A stretch of DNA of 64,000 bases, taken from contig CAKSER010000001.1 in assembly GCA_934447715.1 (NCBI GenBank), positions 55,386 through 119,385 of the forward strand, written 5' to 3'. The notes under the pieces are model-generated. The model saw only the letters and a list, made by a program, of their open reading frames with translations, had not been told where the DNA came from and did no database searches. The stretch is from an uncultured Eubacteriales bacterium (GTDB lineage Bacteria > Bacillota > Clostridia > Oscillospirales > CAG-272). Positions 20,919 through 29,648 of this stretch are shown in pieces. The position numbers and the translations under genes are program-made. Every line of letters begins with the position of its first letter. Position 1 is the stretch's first letter.

Positions 20919-22645
20919 TACCCGATATCGTTATTGAGGAAATCAAATACCGGAACAGGATAGAGGATGTTATCTCCTCATATGTTCCCTTGAAGCGCGC
21001 AGGCTCGAATCTAACAGCCTGCTGCCCGTTTCATTCGGAAAAGACCCCATCCTTTACGGTATTTACTGCGACCGACAGCTTCTACTGCTTCGGATGCGGA
21101 GCCGGCGGAAATGTTGTCTCGTTTATCATGAGGGCAGAGAACCTCGACTATGTATCCGCGCTCAAATTCCTTGCAAAGAGAGCCGGAATCGAAATTCCGG
21201 AGGATGAGGGGAGCAGAACCGGAGAGAGTACGGTAAAGAAATCCCGGCTGATCTCGATGAACAGGGATGCTGCAAAGTATTTCTTTGAGGAGCTGAAAAA
21301 AAGCGACAGCGCAAGAGAGTATCTTCTTAAAAGAAGAAGCCTGCCGGAAAAGCTGATCCGCCACTTCGGGCTCGGATATGCACCGGACGGATTTTACGGG
21401 CTGTCAAATCACCTTCATAAGCTCGGATATTCCGACGAGGAAATGTGTGTGGGTTTTCTTTCCGGGAAGAGCAGAAAGACGGGCAAGCCGTTTGATATGT
21501 TCCGAAACCGCGTGATGTTTCCGATTATCGATGTTTCGGGAGACATAATCGCGTTCGGCGGAAGGGTAATGGACGACAGCAAGCCGAAATACCTGAACTC
21601 GTCCGACACTCCGGTTTTTAAGAAAAGCAAGCAGCTTTTTGCTTTGAACTACGCAAAGAATTTCTGCTCGGAGCAGATGATTCTGTGCGAGGGATATATG
21701 GATGTCATTGCCCTGCACGGGGCAGGCTTTCAGAATGCGGTGGCGACGCTCGGCACCGCGCTTACACCGGAGCAGGCAAGAATAATGAAGCGATACACAA
21801 AGAGCGTCATTATTTCCTACGACAGCGACGAGGCAGGACAGAAGGCGGCAAACCGTGCTTTCGGAATTTTAGGCGAAGCAGGGCTTGATACAAAGATTCT
21901 GAAGATGGACGGAGCAAAGGATCCGGATGAATACATAAAGAAATTCGGAGCGGACGCATTTAAGCGCGTGCTTCAGTCCGGAAGGTCGAAATTTGATTTC
22001 AAGTTTGAAAATGTTCTTGCAAAATACAACATTGAAAGGCCCGAGGACCGCATAAGAGCGGCAGCCGATACCGTTCCGATTCTTGCCGAGATATATTCGG
22101 AGGTCGAAAGGGACGTACATATGCGAAGAGCTGCAAAAAAGCTCGATGTTCCGTACGATGGGTTAAAGGCTGATGTAAAGCGGTATCTTAAAAGTGCCGA
22201 CAGGAAGCAGAAAAGAGAGCAGAAGCAGCAGATACTGAGGAAAACCGAGGGATACGGAGACAGGGTAAATCCCGACAGGATACAGAACGCCGGAGCGTTT
22301 TTTGCCGAGGAGGCAATTATCGGTATTCTTGTGGCATTTCCCGAGATGATCCCGGAGATCGGCGATCTTTCAGGCGAGGACTTTTTTACCCCGTTTAACC
22401 GAAGGGTGTTTGAATTTATTGCTTCAAAAGGAAAGGAATTCAATCTCGGAATGCTCAACGAGGTCTTTTCTCCTGACGAAGTGGGAAGAGTGACCGGAAT
22501 GGCTGTTAAAAGGCAGATGCTTTCGGACAACAGAAAAAACACACTTGACGAGTGTATAAGAAAGCTCAGAAGCTCAAGGGGCGATGAGTCGATGTCACTT
22601 GAAGAGTTGATTAATAAAAAAAGAAACAGTGCGGCAAAATACTAA
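20915..22645 (+). CDS. dnaG: DNA primase
   Basis: Zinc finger CPFHSEKTPSF...CFGCG, the TOPRIM motif EGYMDV, and the classic position upstream of sigA. Confidence 0.95.
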   Translation: MIPDIVIEEIKYRNRIEDVISSYVPLKRAGSNLTACCPFHSEKTPSFTVFTATDSFYCFGCGAGGNVVSFIMRAENLDYVSALKFLAKRAGIEIPEDEGSRTGESTVKKSRLISMNRDAAKYFFEELKKSDSAREYLLKRRSLPEKLIRHFGLGYAPDGFYGLSNHLHKLGYSDEEMCVGFLSGKSRKTGKPFDMFRNRVMFPIIDVSGDIIAFGGRVMDDSKPKYLNSSDTPVFKKSKQLFALNYAKNFCSEQMILCEGYMDVIALHGAGFQNAVATLGTALTPEQARIMKRYTKSVIISYDSDEAGQKAANRAFGILGEAGLDTKILKMDGAKDPDEYIKKFGADAFKRVLQSGRSKFDFKFENVLAKYNIERPEDRIRAAADTVPILAEIYSEVERDVHMRRAAKKLDVPYDGLKADVKRYLKSADRKQKREQKQQILRKTEGYGDRVNPDRIQNAGAFFAEEAIIGILVAFPEMIPEIGDLSGEDFFTPFNRRVFEFIASKGKEFNLGMLNEVFSPDEVGRVTGMAVKRQMLSDNRKNTLDECIRKLRSSRGDESMSLEELINKKRNSAAKY

Positions 22646-22672
22646 AAAGCCGAACAGGATGTGGAGAAAAAT

Positions 22673-23776
22673 ATGGATAACAATCAGACCGAAAAGAAAT
22701 TTGACATAAGCGAGCTTATCGAAAAGGGAAAAGCAAAGGGCTCGCTTACAAACAGCGAGATCATGGAGGCGCTTGAGGACGTCGATTATGATCTTGAACA
22801 GATAGAAAAGCTGTACGAAACCTTTGAAAGACTCGGTATTGAGGTTACCGGCTATCTTGATTCGAATGATTATGAGCAGATCAAAACCGATGTCGAAAAG
22901 TATGAAAGCGCCGAGGAAATGGAGTCGATGTTAACCCAGGAGGGACTTGTCATCGACGATCCGGTGCGTATGTATCTTAAGGAAATCGGAAAGGTTCCGC
23001 TTCTTGATACCGAAAGAGAGCTTATGCTTGCAGAGAAGATGGCAAACGGAGATACAGAGGCAAAGCAGGAGCTTGTCGAGGCGAACCTCCGTCTTGTCGT
23101 CAGCATTGCAAAAAGATATGTAGGAAAGGGAATGTTCTTCCTTGATCTTATCCAGGAGGGAAACCTCGGTCTTATGAAGGCGGTCGATAAGTTCGATTAC
23201 CGCAAGGGCTATAAATTCTCGACATATGCGACATGGTGGATAAGACAGGCAATCACAAGAGCGATTGCGGATCAGGCAAGAACGATCCGTATTCCGGTTC
23301 ACATGGTTGAAACGATTCACAAGGTCAATCGAGTTCAAAGACAGCTTCTTCAGGAAAAGGGAAGAGAGGCAACCGCAGAGGAGATTGCTTCTGTTATGGG
23401 AATGACCCCTGACAAGGTAAGAGAGATTATGAAGATCTCGCAGGATCCCGTTTCGCTCGAAATGCCGATCGGAGAAGAGGAGGACAGCCACCTGGGAGAC
23501 TTCATTCCGGACGACGATTCGCCGGCGCCTGCAGAGGCAGCCTCCGCTATTCTGCTTCATGAGCAGCTTTGCGAGGTTCTTCACACGCTTACGCCGAGAG
23601 AGGAGCAGGTGTTAAAGCTTCGCTTCGGCCTTCAGGATGGAAGAACCAGAACCCTTGAGGAGGTCGGAAAGGAATTCCACATCACAAGAGAAAGAATCCG
23701 TCAGATAGAAGCCAAAGCGCTTCGTAAGCTGCGCCACCCGAGCCGTTCCAAGAGACTTAAGGATTATTTGGAATAA
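22673..23776 (+). CDS. sigA: RNA polymerase primary sigma factor
   Basis: Region 2 ([12 protein letters not shown]) and region 4 ([20 protein letters not shown]). The ATG at 22673 follows GGAG; a GTG at 22661 is the alternative. Confidence 0.95.
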   Translation: MDNNQTEKKFDISELIEKGKAKGSLTNSEIMEALEDVDYDLEQIEKLYETFERLGIEVTGYLDSNDYEQIKTDVEKYESAEEMESMLTQEGLVIDDPVRMYLKEIGKVPLLDTERELMLAEKMANGDTEAKQELVEANLRLVVSIAKRYVGKGMFFLDLIQEGNLGLMKAVDKFDYRKGYKFSTYATWWIRQAITRAIADQARTIRIPVHMVETIHKVNRVQRQLLQEKGREATAEEIASVMGMTPDKVREIMKISQDPVSLEMPIGEEEDSHLGDFIPDDDSPAPAEAASAILLHEQLCEVLHTLTPREEQVLKLRFGLQDGRTRTLEEVGKEFHITRERIRQIEAKALRKLRHPSRSKRLKDYLE

Positions 23777-23803
23777 TCGCCCGAATAATTAACCTTAGTG
23801 CTC

Positions 23804-23832
23804 TTGACATATGTGCAAGATTGTTGTAAAAT
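23804..23832 (+). promoter_or_regulatory. Putative promoter of the lipoprotein gene
   Basis: TTGACA (23804-09), a 17-nt spacer, then TAAAAT (23827-32). Confidence 0.5.
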
Positions 23833-23892
23833 TAATCTGATCACGAATTCCCGCGATCAGCGAAACCCGAGTTTATTAGGAGGAACCCTCGA

Positions 23893-25839
23893 ATGAGAAG
23901 AAGAATAGTAAGCATTGCCCTTGCATTGCTTATGGTTATGCTGCCGATCTCGCTTGCAGCGTGCGGTAGAAGCAGCGGAACAAGCGGAACAAGCACCGGT
24001 GAGACAAACAGTGACGGTTCAAACACAAACACCTCAAAAGGAACAAAGAAGACAAGGACAATTACGATATACTGCCCCACGGGAGACGAGACCACAGAAG
24101 CCGGAATAAAGGCGGCAGAAGAGGCTATTAACCAGTACACAGAGGGTACATATCTTACAAGAATAGTGCTTAAGCTTTATCCGGAAAACGAGTATTACGA
24201 CGTTTTAAAGTCGAAGCTTGAGCAGCATCAGACAAATGTCGATAACGGAATTTCCTCAAAGCAGGACCCTAATGAGGAAAACAAAGACAACAGTGACGAA
24301 AACCAAAGCGACGACAAATACACAAGCACTGTTAAATTCCCGGATCTTGTAGATCCGCAGGTTGATATATTCGTCCTTAACGGAAAGGACCGTCTTGAGG
24401 ATTATGCAAAAATGTGCGGTTCTTCAAGCTACAGCGGAGATACCGGATATCTTATGCCTATCGGTTCATATCTTGAAGTAAACTATAAGCTTATTAAGAA
24501 ATATATCACCTCCTCGTTTCTTTCGTCCGGAATGATCGGCGATTCTCAGGTCGGTATTCCCAATAACCATGTTATGGGAGAGTATACATATCTTCTGCTC
24601 AACAAGGAAATCGTAGACAGTCTGTACTTTTCTCCGGAAGAGATCGCAGGCTCCGCAGATAAGCTCCTTGAGTATCTTTCGGATGCAAGAAAGTATTACG
24701 GAAGCTATATTCCGATGTATAATTATCCGACAGACAGATCGGTACAGTTCACAGATGAATTTTCCTTCCTCGGAGGCATGGTCACCGACGGAATGTATGA
24801 AAAAACCCAGCTCCTTCCGTCCGATCTGCTTGCAAATGCAGAATATGTTGCATATCTGAAGTGCCTCAATACGCTGAAAAACGGCGGTTATGTAACCGAG
24901 GGCGATGAATATTCGCTTCCGGAGGGCAAACAGGTTGCTGCCGGATATATCAAGGGAGGATACGGAGCAGCATCGAAGTATTCCGAGGATTATTATGTAA
25001 TGACGGTAAACGAGCCGTTTGCAACCTCTGAGGAGTACCCGGGAAGCTTCCTCTGCGTCAGTCCGTATACTGCGGATGTTGACAGATGCGTAGAGATTAT
25101 TGAAGCGCTCACAACAGATTCCAAGCTCCGCAATCTTTTCCAGTACGGAAAAGAGGGTGTACACTACAGTGTAAACTATGACGGAGTATACAAGCTCATC
25201 AAGAACGCGGATACAAGATATGACATGGATCCGATGAACACAGGTAATGAGTTTATTATGGCTCAGAATTCCGACATGGATGAGAATATGCTTTCTCTTT
25301 CCGCAGATGATTGGAAGGGTGCAAAGCAGCAGGCAGCAGAGCTTATGAGATCGCCGTATTCACTGTTCACGCTTACCGAAATCACAGCGGAAAACTACTG
25401 GAAGAAATCGATGTACTGGACAAACACGAACACAGCGGAGTTCAATGAGCTTGCCGGAATCGATCCGGATGTTCTGAGCAAGGAAGATATCAAAGAGCTT
25501 CAGGATGCCGCAAGAGAAAAGGATCCGTTCTTCGAATATCCCTGCTACTATACAAAGGACATTATAGATAATGTCTGCGCGTACAGCAAAGAGCTGTATA
25601 ACGATATTTTAAATTACACCGGAAACAATTTTGAAGGCTATGTAGAGTCGATTCGCGAGCAGTTCGAAAGCTACAGCTACTATAAGGCGTTTATTGCAGA
25701 CGAGACAGGAGATCTTCCTGCAAGAGAGGACTATAACAGCGATGCTGCATATCAGGCAGCATTGAGAGAAGGTCCTAATGCCGACTCGCCTTATGCACAG
25801 TACAAGATCTTCTATGAGACCTCTGCAGGCTTAAGATAA
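23893..25839 (+). CDS. Large lipoprotein, extracellular solute-binding-protein-like (orphan)
   Basis: Signal peptide plus the lipobox SLAAC, then an S/G/T/N linker. Size and composition resemble large family-1 sugar-binding lipoproteins. No permease gene lies adjacent. Confidence 0.55.
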   Translation: MRRRIVSIALALLMVMLPISLAACGRSSGTSGTSTGETNSDGSNTNTSKGTKKTRTITIYCPTGDETTEAGIKAAEEAINQYTEGTYLTRIVLKLYPENEYYDVLKSKLEQHQTNVDNGISSKQDPNEENKDNSDENQSDDKYTSTVKFPDLVDPQVDIFVLNGKDRLEDYAKMCGSSSYSGDTGYLMPIGSYLEVNYKLIKKYITSSFLSSGMIGDSQVGIPNNHVMGEYTYLLLNKEIVDSLYFSPEEIAGSADKLLEYLSDARKYYGSYIPMYNYPTDRSVQFTDEFSFLGGMVTDGMYEKTQLLPSDLLANAEYVAYLKCLNTLKNGGYVTEGDEYSLPEGKQVAAGYIKGGYGAASKYSEDYYVMTVNEPFATSEEYPGSFLCVSPYTADVDRCVEIIEALTTDSKLRNLFQYGKEGVHYSVNYDGVYKLIKNADTRYDMDPMNTGNEFIMAQNSDMDENMLSLSADDWKGAKQQAAELMRSPYSLFTLTEITAENYWKKSMYWTNTNTAEFNELAGIDPDVLSKEDIKELQDAAREKDPFFEYPCYYTKDIIDNVCAYSKELYNDILNYTGNNFEGYVESIREQFESYSYYKAFIADETGDLPAREDYNSDAAYQAALREGPNADSPYAQYKIFYETSAGLR

Positions 25840-25902
25840 TCGAAAATCTTAGGATGATCTGAAATCAAACGGACATTCAAATAACTTAATAAGCCATTTA
25901 AT

Positions 25903-25952
25903 GGGGAGCGAGTGCTTCGGTATCATACCGAAGACCGCTCCTCTTCCTTTTT
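25903..25952 (+). terminator. Rho-independent terminator
   Basis: Outer stem GGAGCG/CGCTCC and inner stem CTTCGG/CCGAAG, followed by TCTTCCTTTTT. Confidence 0.7.
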
Positions 25953-25996
25953 GCCGAGTCAGGCTTTTTCTTGAAAATAACCCTTTTAAATTGTTC

Positions 25997-26036
25997 TTTA
26001 CAAATCGGGGAACATCTGATATAATTATAATCAGAT
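25997..26036 (+). promoter_or_regulatory. Putative holB promoter overlapped by a 23-nt near-palindrome
   Basis: TTTACA, a 17-nt spacer, then TATAAT (26020-25). The palindrome ATCTGAT-ATAATTATA-ATCAGAT spans 26014-26036. Confidence 0.35.
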
Positions 26037-26073
26037 TAATATGGGTTAGTATTTTTGAAAGGGCGGTGCGGCA

Positions 26074-27090
26074 ATGCTTTTTGATCTTGCAGGAAACGAT
26101 GCGATAAAGAGCATTGTAAGAGATTATACAGAAAATCGCAGTATGCCGCATGCCGTAATAGTCTGCGGCCCTCCCGGAACCGGTAAGCATACGGTGGCAA
26201 ATCATCTGATCATGTCGCTCGGCTGCAAAAGCACAAATGAAAAGCCGTGCGGAAAATGCGAAGCATGCAGAAAAATCGAGCAGAGGCTTTCTCCGGATGT
26301 TATCTATATCGAATGCGAGGGCAAGCGTAAAACAATCGGAATCGAATCGGTCAGGATGATTCGGGAAAATGCATATATTGTCCCGAACGATCTTGATGTG
26401 AAGGTGTTTGTGATTGACGACGCATCGCTTATGACGGTTCAGGCACAGAATGCGCTTTTAAAGCTGCTCGAGGAGCCTCCCGAAAATGTCTATTTTGTTC
26501 TGATAGCCTCCGATCCGTCGCTTCTTCTTACAACGGTAAGATCAAGAGCGCCGGAGCTTAAGCTTGCAGCCTTTTCCGGAAGCGAGCTTAAAGAACTGCT
26601 TCTTGAAAGAAGCGAAAGGGCAAGAGAGCTTTTCGAAAAGGACCCGGATGCATTTTTGGGGATCGTTAACTCGGCACAGGGAAGCTACGGAAGGGCAATT
26701 TCGGCACTTGAATCAAAAAAAAGCCAAAAGGACGAGATATCGCTTGTATTAGAGTATCTCACCGTTCTTTCCGGGTTTTCTAAGGGAGAGCTTTACGGAT
26801 TTATCTCTCTTCTGCCTTTAAAGCAGAGAGAGGATGCGGTTGCGTTCTGTGAAAAGCTGATGTTTGCCTTTCGCGACATGATTGCATCGAGAAAAAGCGA
26901 CAGTCCCGAAATGATGCTGTTTGCATCATGTGAAGGCGCAAGGGAATTTGCACTTAAATATCCGTTTGCGGCGCTTGTTTCGATGTATTCGATAACCGAG
27001 CAGATTTTTACCGAGCTTTCGACTACTAATGTGAATTTAACGACCGAATACACAACTCTTGCAAAAAGGCTGTGGGTGGCAAAATTATAA
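26074..27090 (+). CDS. holB: DNA polymerase III subunit delta prime
   Basis: HAVIVCGPPGTGK, a C-x-C zinc module (CGKCEACRKI), LLKLLEEPP and SRA. Confidence 0.85.
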   Translation: MLFDLAGNDAIKSIVRDYTENRSMPHAVIVCGPPGTGKHTVANHLIMSLGCKSTNEKPCGKCEACRKIEQRLSPDVIYIECEGKRKTIGIESVRMIRENAYIVPNDLDVKVFVIDDASLMTVQAQNALLKLLEEPPENVYFVLIASDPSLLLTTVRSRAPELKLAAFSGSELKELLLERSERARELFEKDPDAFLGIVNSAQGSYGRAISALESKKSQKDEISLVLEYLTVLSGFSKGELYGFISLLPLKQREDAVAFCEKLMFAFRDMIASRKSDSPEMMLFASCEGAREFALKYPFAALVSMYSITEQIFTELSTTNVNLTTEYTTLAKRLWVAKL

Positions 27091-27105
27091 TACGGAGATA
27101 TAAAT

Positions 27106-28275
27106 ATGGCAGATGAATACAAGGACATAAAGGATAAAAAGGATAAAAGAGACAAAAGGGATAACAGAGGCAACAGAAAGGGTGCCTATAAAAAAAGACG
27201 GGCAGCCGAAAATAAAAGAAATTCCGAGGCAGCCGATATATCAGTAAATGACTTGGAAGATGCAAAAGAGGCAGAAGATATAGAGACTGCTGAGGACATA
27301 AAGGAAGAGCCGGAGAAAATCGAGGCGGTTGAGGGATCGGAGAAGCCCGAAAATTCCGAGAACTCCGAAAATACGGAGAAAAGCAGAGAAACCGTCGAGA
27401 TCGTCGGGGTCAGATTTAAAAAAACCGGCAAGGTTTATTATTTTGACCCGAAGGAACTTAAGCTCGGCGCAGGCGACTGCGTAATTGTGGAAACCGCAAG
27501 AGGGCTTGAGTACGGCGAAATAACAATAGCCAATAAGGTAATAGACAGCAGGGAAATCGTATCTCCGCTCCGCCCGGTTATTCGCGTGGCAACAGAGGAG
27601 GACAGAAGCCATCACGAGCTCAACCTTGAAAAGGAGGTTGAGGCGTTTAACGTCTGCCTTGAAAAAATCGAGGCGCACAAGCTTGAAATGAAGCTGGTTG
27701 ATGTCGAATATACCTTTGATAACGGAAAGCTTCTGTTTTATTTTACATCCGACGGAAGGGTCGATTTTCGCGATCTTGTAAAGGATCTTGCGTCGCATTT
27801 CAGAACAAGAATCGAGCTGAGGCAGATCGGAATCCGCGATGAGGCAAAGCTTGTCGGCGGAATCGGAGTCTGCGGCAGACCGTACTGCTGTAGCAGCTTT
27901 TTAAACGACTTTGTTCAGGTATCGATCAAGATGGCAAAGGAGCAGAATCTTTCGCTCAACTCCGCAAAGATATCCGGTGCCTGCGGAAGACTTATGTGCT
28001 GCCTGCGCTATGAATACGAAACCTATGCAAGAGAGCTTGCCAAGATGCCGAAGGTCGATTCTATCGTGATCACCCCGGAGGGCAACGGCGTTGTTACCGA
28101 AATTGCTCCGCTTTCCGGAATCGTAAAGGTCAAGATGGATGAAAATGATGCGCTGAAGGCATTCCCTTACGATGTTCTTAAGGTCAAAGGTCACATAAAG
28201 GGCGGAAACCGTGTCGATATCAAGACGGAGGACGGCGAGGATCTTAAAGAGCTTGAAAAGCTTGAAAAGGATTGA
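27106..28275 (+). CDS. ricT: PSP1-domain protein RicT/YaaT with a K/E-rich N-terminal extension
   Basis: The PSP1 core (VGVRFKKTGKVYYFDP...GVCGRPYCCSSFL...CGRLMCCLRYE) and the conserved holB-yaaT synteny. Confidence 0.85.
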   Translation: MADEYKDIKDKKDKRDKRDNRGNRKGAYKKRRAAENKRNSEAADISVNDLEDAKEAEDIETAEDIKEEPEKIEAVEGSEKPENSENSENTEKSRETVEIVGVRFKKTGKVYYFDPKELKLGAGDCVIVETARGLEYGEITIANKVIDSREIVSPLRPVIRVATEEDRSHHELNLEKEVEAFNVCLEKIEAHKLEMKLVDVEYTFDNGKLLFYFTSDGRVDFRDLVKDLASHFRTRIELRQIGIRDEAKLVGGIGVCGRPYCCSSFLNDFVQVSIKMAKEQNLSLNSAKISGACGRLMCCLRYEYETYARELAKMPKVDSIVITPEGNGVVTEIAPLSGIVKVKMDENDALKAFPYDVLKVKGHIKGGNRVDIKTEDGEDLKELEKLEKD

Positions 28276-28376
28276 AAATGCTTAAAAAAGGTTGAAAGGG
28301 ATTGAATAAATTCCGAAAAAGGTGAAAAAATACCGAAAAAATCCTAAAAAAGGGCAGAAAATAATATAAAAAACGA

Positions 28377-28405
28377 TTGATTTATTTGAATCAGTGTGAT
28401 ATAAT
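28377..28405 (+). promoter_or_regulatory. Promoter of the ferredoxin gene
   Basis: TTGATT (28377-82), a 17-nt spacer, then the extended -10 TGATATAAT (28397-405). Confidence 0.55.
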
Positions 28406-28511
28406 ATGCGCGGTAATTGAATTACCGACATTCAACATAAATTCTGCCGCGTTTTAAGCTGAAAAGCTGCATGAATTAAATTTGGCAGATTAAATTTCGG
28501 AGGGGAATATA

Positions 28512-28688
28512 ATGGCATACGCAATTGACAAAGAAAAGTGTATCGGATGCGGCGCTTGCGCAGACGAATGTCCTGTAGGATGCATTTCCGAAGGCGATGA
28601 AGGCAAGTACGAGATCAACGCAGATGAGTGCCTCAGCTGCGGAGCTTGCCAGGGAGCATGCCCTGTAGAAGCACCTGCAGAGCAGTAA
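28512..28688 (+). CDS. fdx: 2x[4Fe-4S] clostridial-type ferredoxin (58 aa)
   Basis: Hand translation gives MAYAIDKEKCIGCGACADECPVGCISEGDEGKYEINADECLSCGACQGACPVEAPAEQ, with two CxxCxxCxxxCP motifs and the SD GGAGG. It falls below the ORF-track length cutoff. Confidence 0.85.
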   Translation: MAYAIDKEKCIGCGACADECPVGCISEGDEGKYEINADECLSCGACQGACPVEAPAEQ

Positions 28689-28910
28689 TCCGGTTTAGAA
28701 AACGTCCGGTTTCCGTTTTTTTCGGAGATCGGGCGTTTTTTTCTTTTCGTCCGTTTGTATTTATTTCCTTGCAAATTCAATGCACCTTCTCTCGATTGTG
28801 ATATTATGAAAAAAATAGTATTAAAAAGTTAACTTTTTTTGAATAAAAGCTTGACATAATGTTAATTATATGGTAAGATTAGTTCATAAAGTGAGAGGAG
28901 GGTAAGTAAT

Positions 28911-29108
28911 TTGAAAAAGATCGATAATATCGACAAAGCGTTTTTGACATGCTTCTGCCTTGTAATTGTCTTTGCGATAAGCGCATATTTTTTTGCCGGC
29001 AATATTACCGTAAATATTTCACACTTCCTATTTTCCTTTCGGTCATATGACAGGGCGTCGATAGCCGAATATCTGCTTTCGCTTGTGTCAAGAATAATTA
29101 AGGTATGA
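28911..29108 (+). CDS. Small hypothetical membrane protein (65 aa, TTG start)
   Basis: Its own promoter (TTGACA 28851-56, TGGTAAGAT -10), a strong SD GAGGAGGG 9 nt before the TTG, one TM helix, and a hairpin at 29127-55. Confidence 0.5.
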   Translation: MKKIDNIDKAFLTCFCLVIVFAISAYFFAGNITVNISHFLFSFRSYDRASIAEYLLSLVSRIIKV

Positions 29109-29126
29109 GATAGAGTATAAAAACTC

Positions 29127-29155
29127 AAAGCCCGGTGCTTATTGTACCGGGCTTT
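29127..29155. terminator. Hairpin terminator after the small membrane-protein gene
   Basis: A 10-bp stem AAAGCCCGGT/ACCGGGCTTT. The flanking A and T runs are short. Confidence 0.5.
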
Positions 29156-29248
29156 GACAATTGTAAGGCAAGAAGCATATAATGTTACCGTAACGCACGA
29201 ACGGGAGAGTGTTGCCGGTGCTGCTTTTTATACATAGTCCGGGGTACA

Positions 29249-29366
29249 GCGCAAAAGAGGCGTGAAAATGCCTGAACGGCAAGACCGGCTTTTGAGCTGA
29301 TCATCAGGCACAAAAGCGGCATTAAGACGCCGAACGGCAAAGCCTGCTTTTTGCTGCCGCATTATC
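29249..29366 (+). repeat. Two tandem degenerate copies (59 nt each) of a hairpin repeat family
   Basis: Unit A (29249-307) begins GCGCAAAAGAGGCGTGAAAATGCCTGAACGGCAAGACCGGCTTTTGAGC. Unit B (29308-366) begins GCACAAAAGCGGCATTAAGACGCCGAACGGCAAAGCCTGCTTTTTGCTGC. Both are related to 48798-48853. Confidence 0.6.
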
Positions 29367-29533
29367 CGCGTTCATGCAAAGCACGGAAAGGCAATAGCCA
29401 AACAGAATGCAACAGCAAGCTTTTTGTGGATATTTAAACAAGATTTTATGAAAACAGCTGCAGCCGAACCGAAAACGGCGTTTGTGCTTTTTTCACAATT
29501 TTTTTCGAAAATGAAAAAAGATATAAAAATCAC

Positions 29534-29562
29534 TTTTATTTTCATGAAATTTGTGTTATAAT
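29534..29562 (+). promoter_or_regulatory. Putative murA promoter
   Basis: Extended -10 TGTTATAAT (29554-62) with a weak -35 TTTTAT. Confidence 0.4.
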
Positions 29563-29648
29563 ACCTAAGATGAGTAAATGTGCCGTTTTGTATCGGCATA
29601 TTTTCATTGCCTTTTTGCAAATTTGAACTTAACATAAAGGTCATATAT

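Noticed and set aside
28689-28760. Possible terminator after the ferredoxin gene (GAAAACG..CGTTTTTTT and repeated CCGGTTT).
   Set aside because: The candidate stems are A/U-rich and 4-6 bp, and the CCGGTTT elements are direct repeats, not inverted. They are not convincing enough to annotate.
28490-28780. 96-aa minus-strand ORF from the ORF track.
   Set aside because: It is antisense to a textbook 58-aa 2x[4Fe-4S] ferredoxin gene that has a proper SD and promoter. The minus-strand product is Ser/Pro/His-rich with no start context, so it is a shadow ORF.
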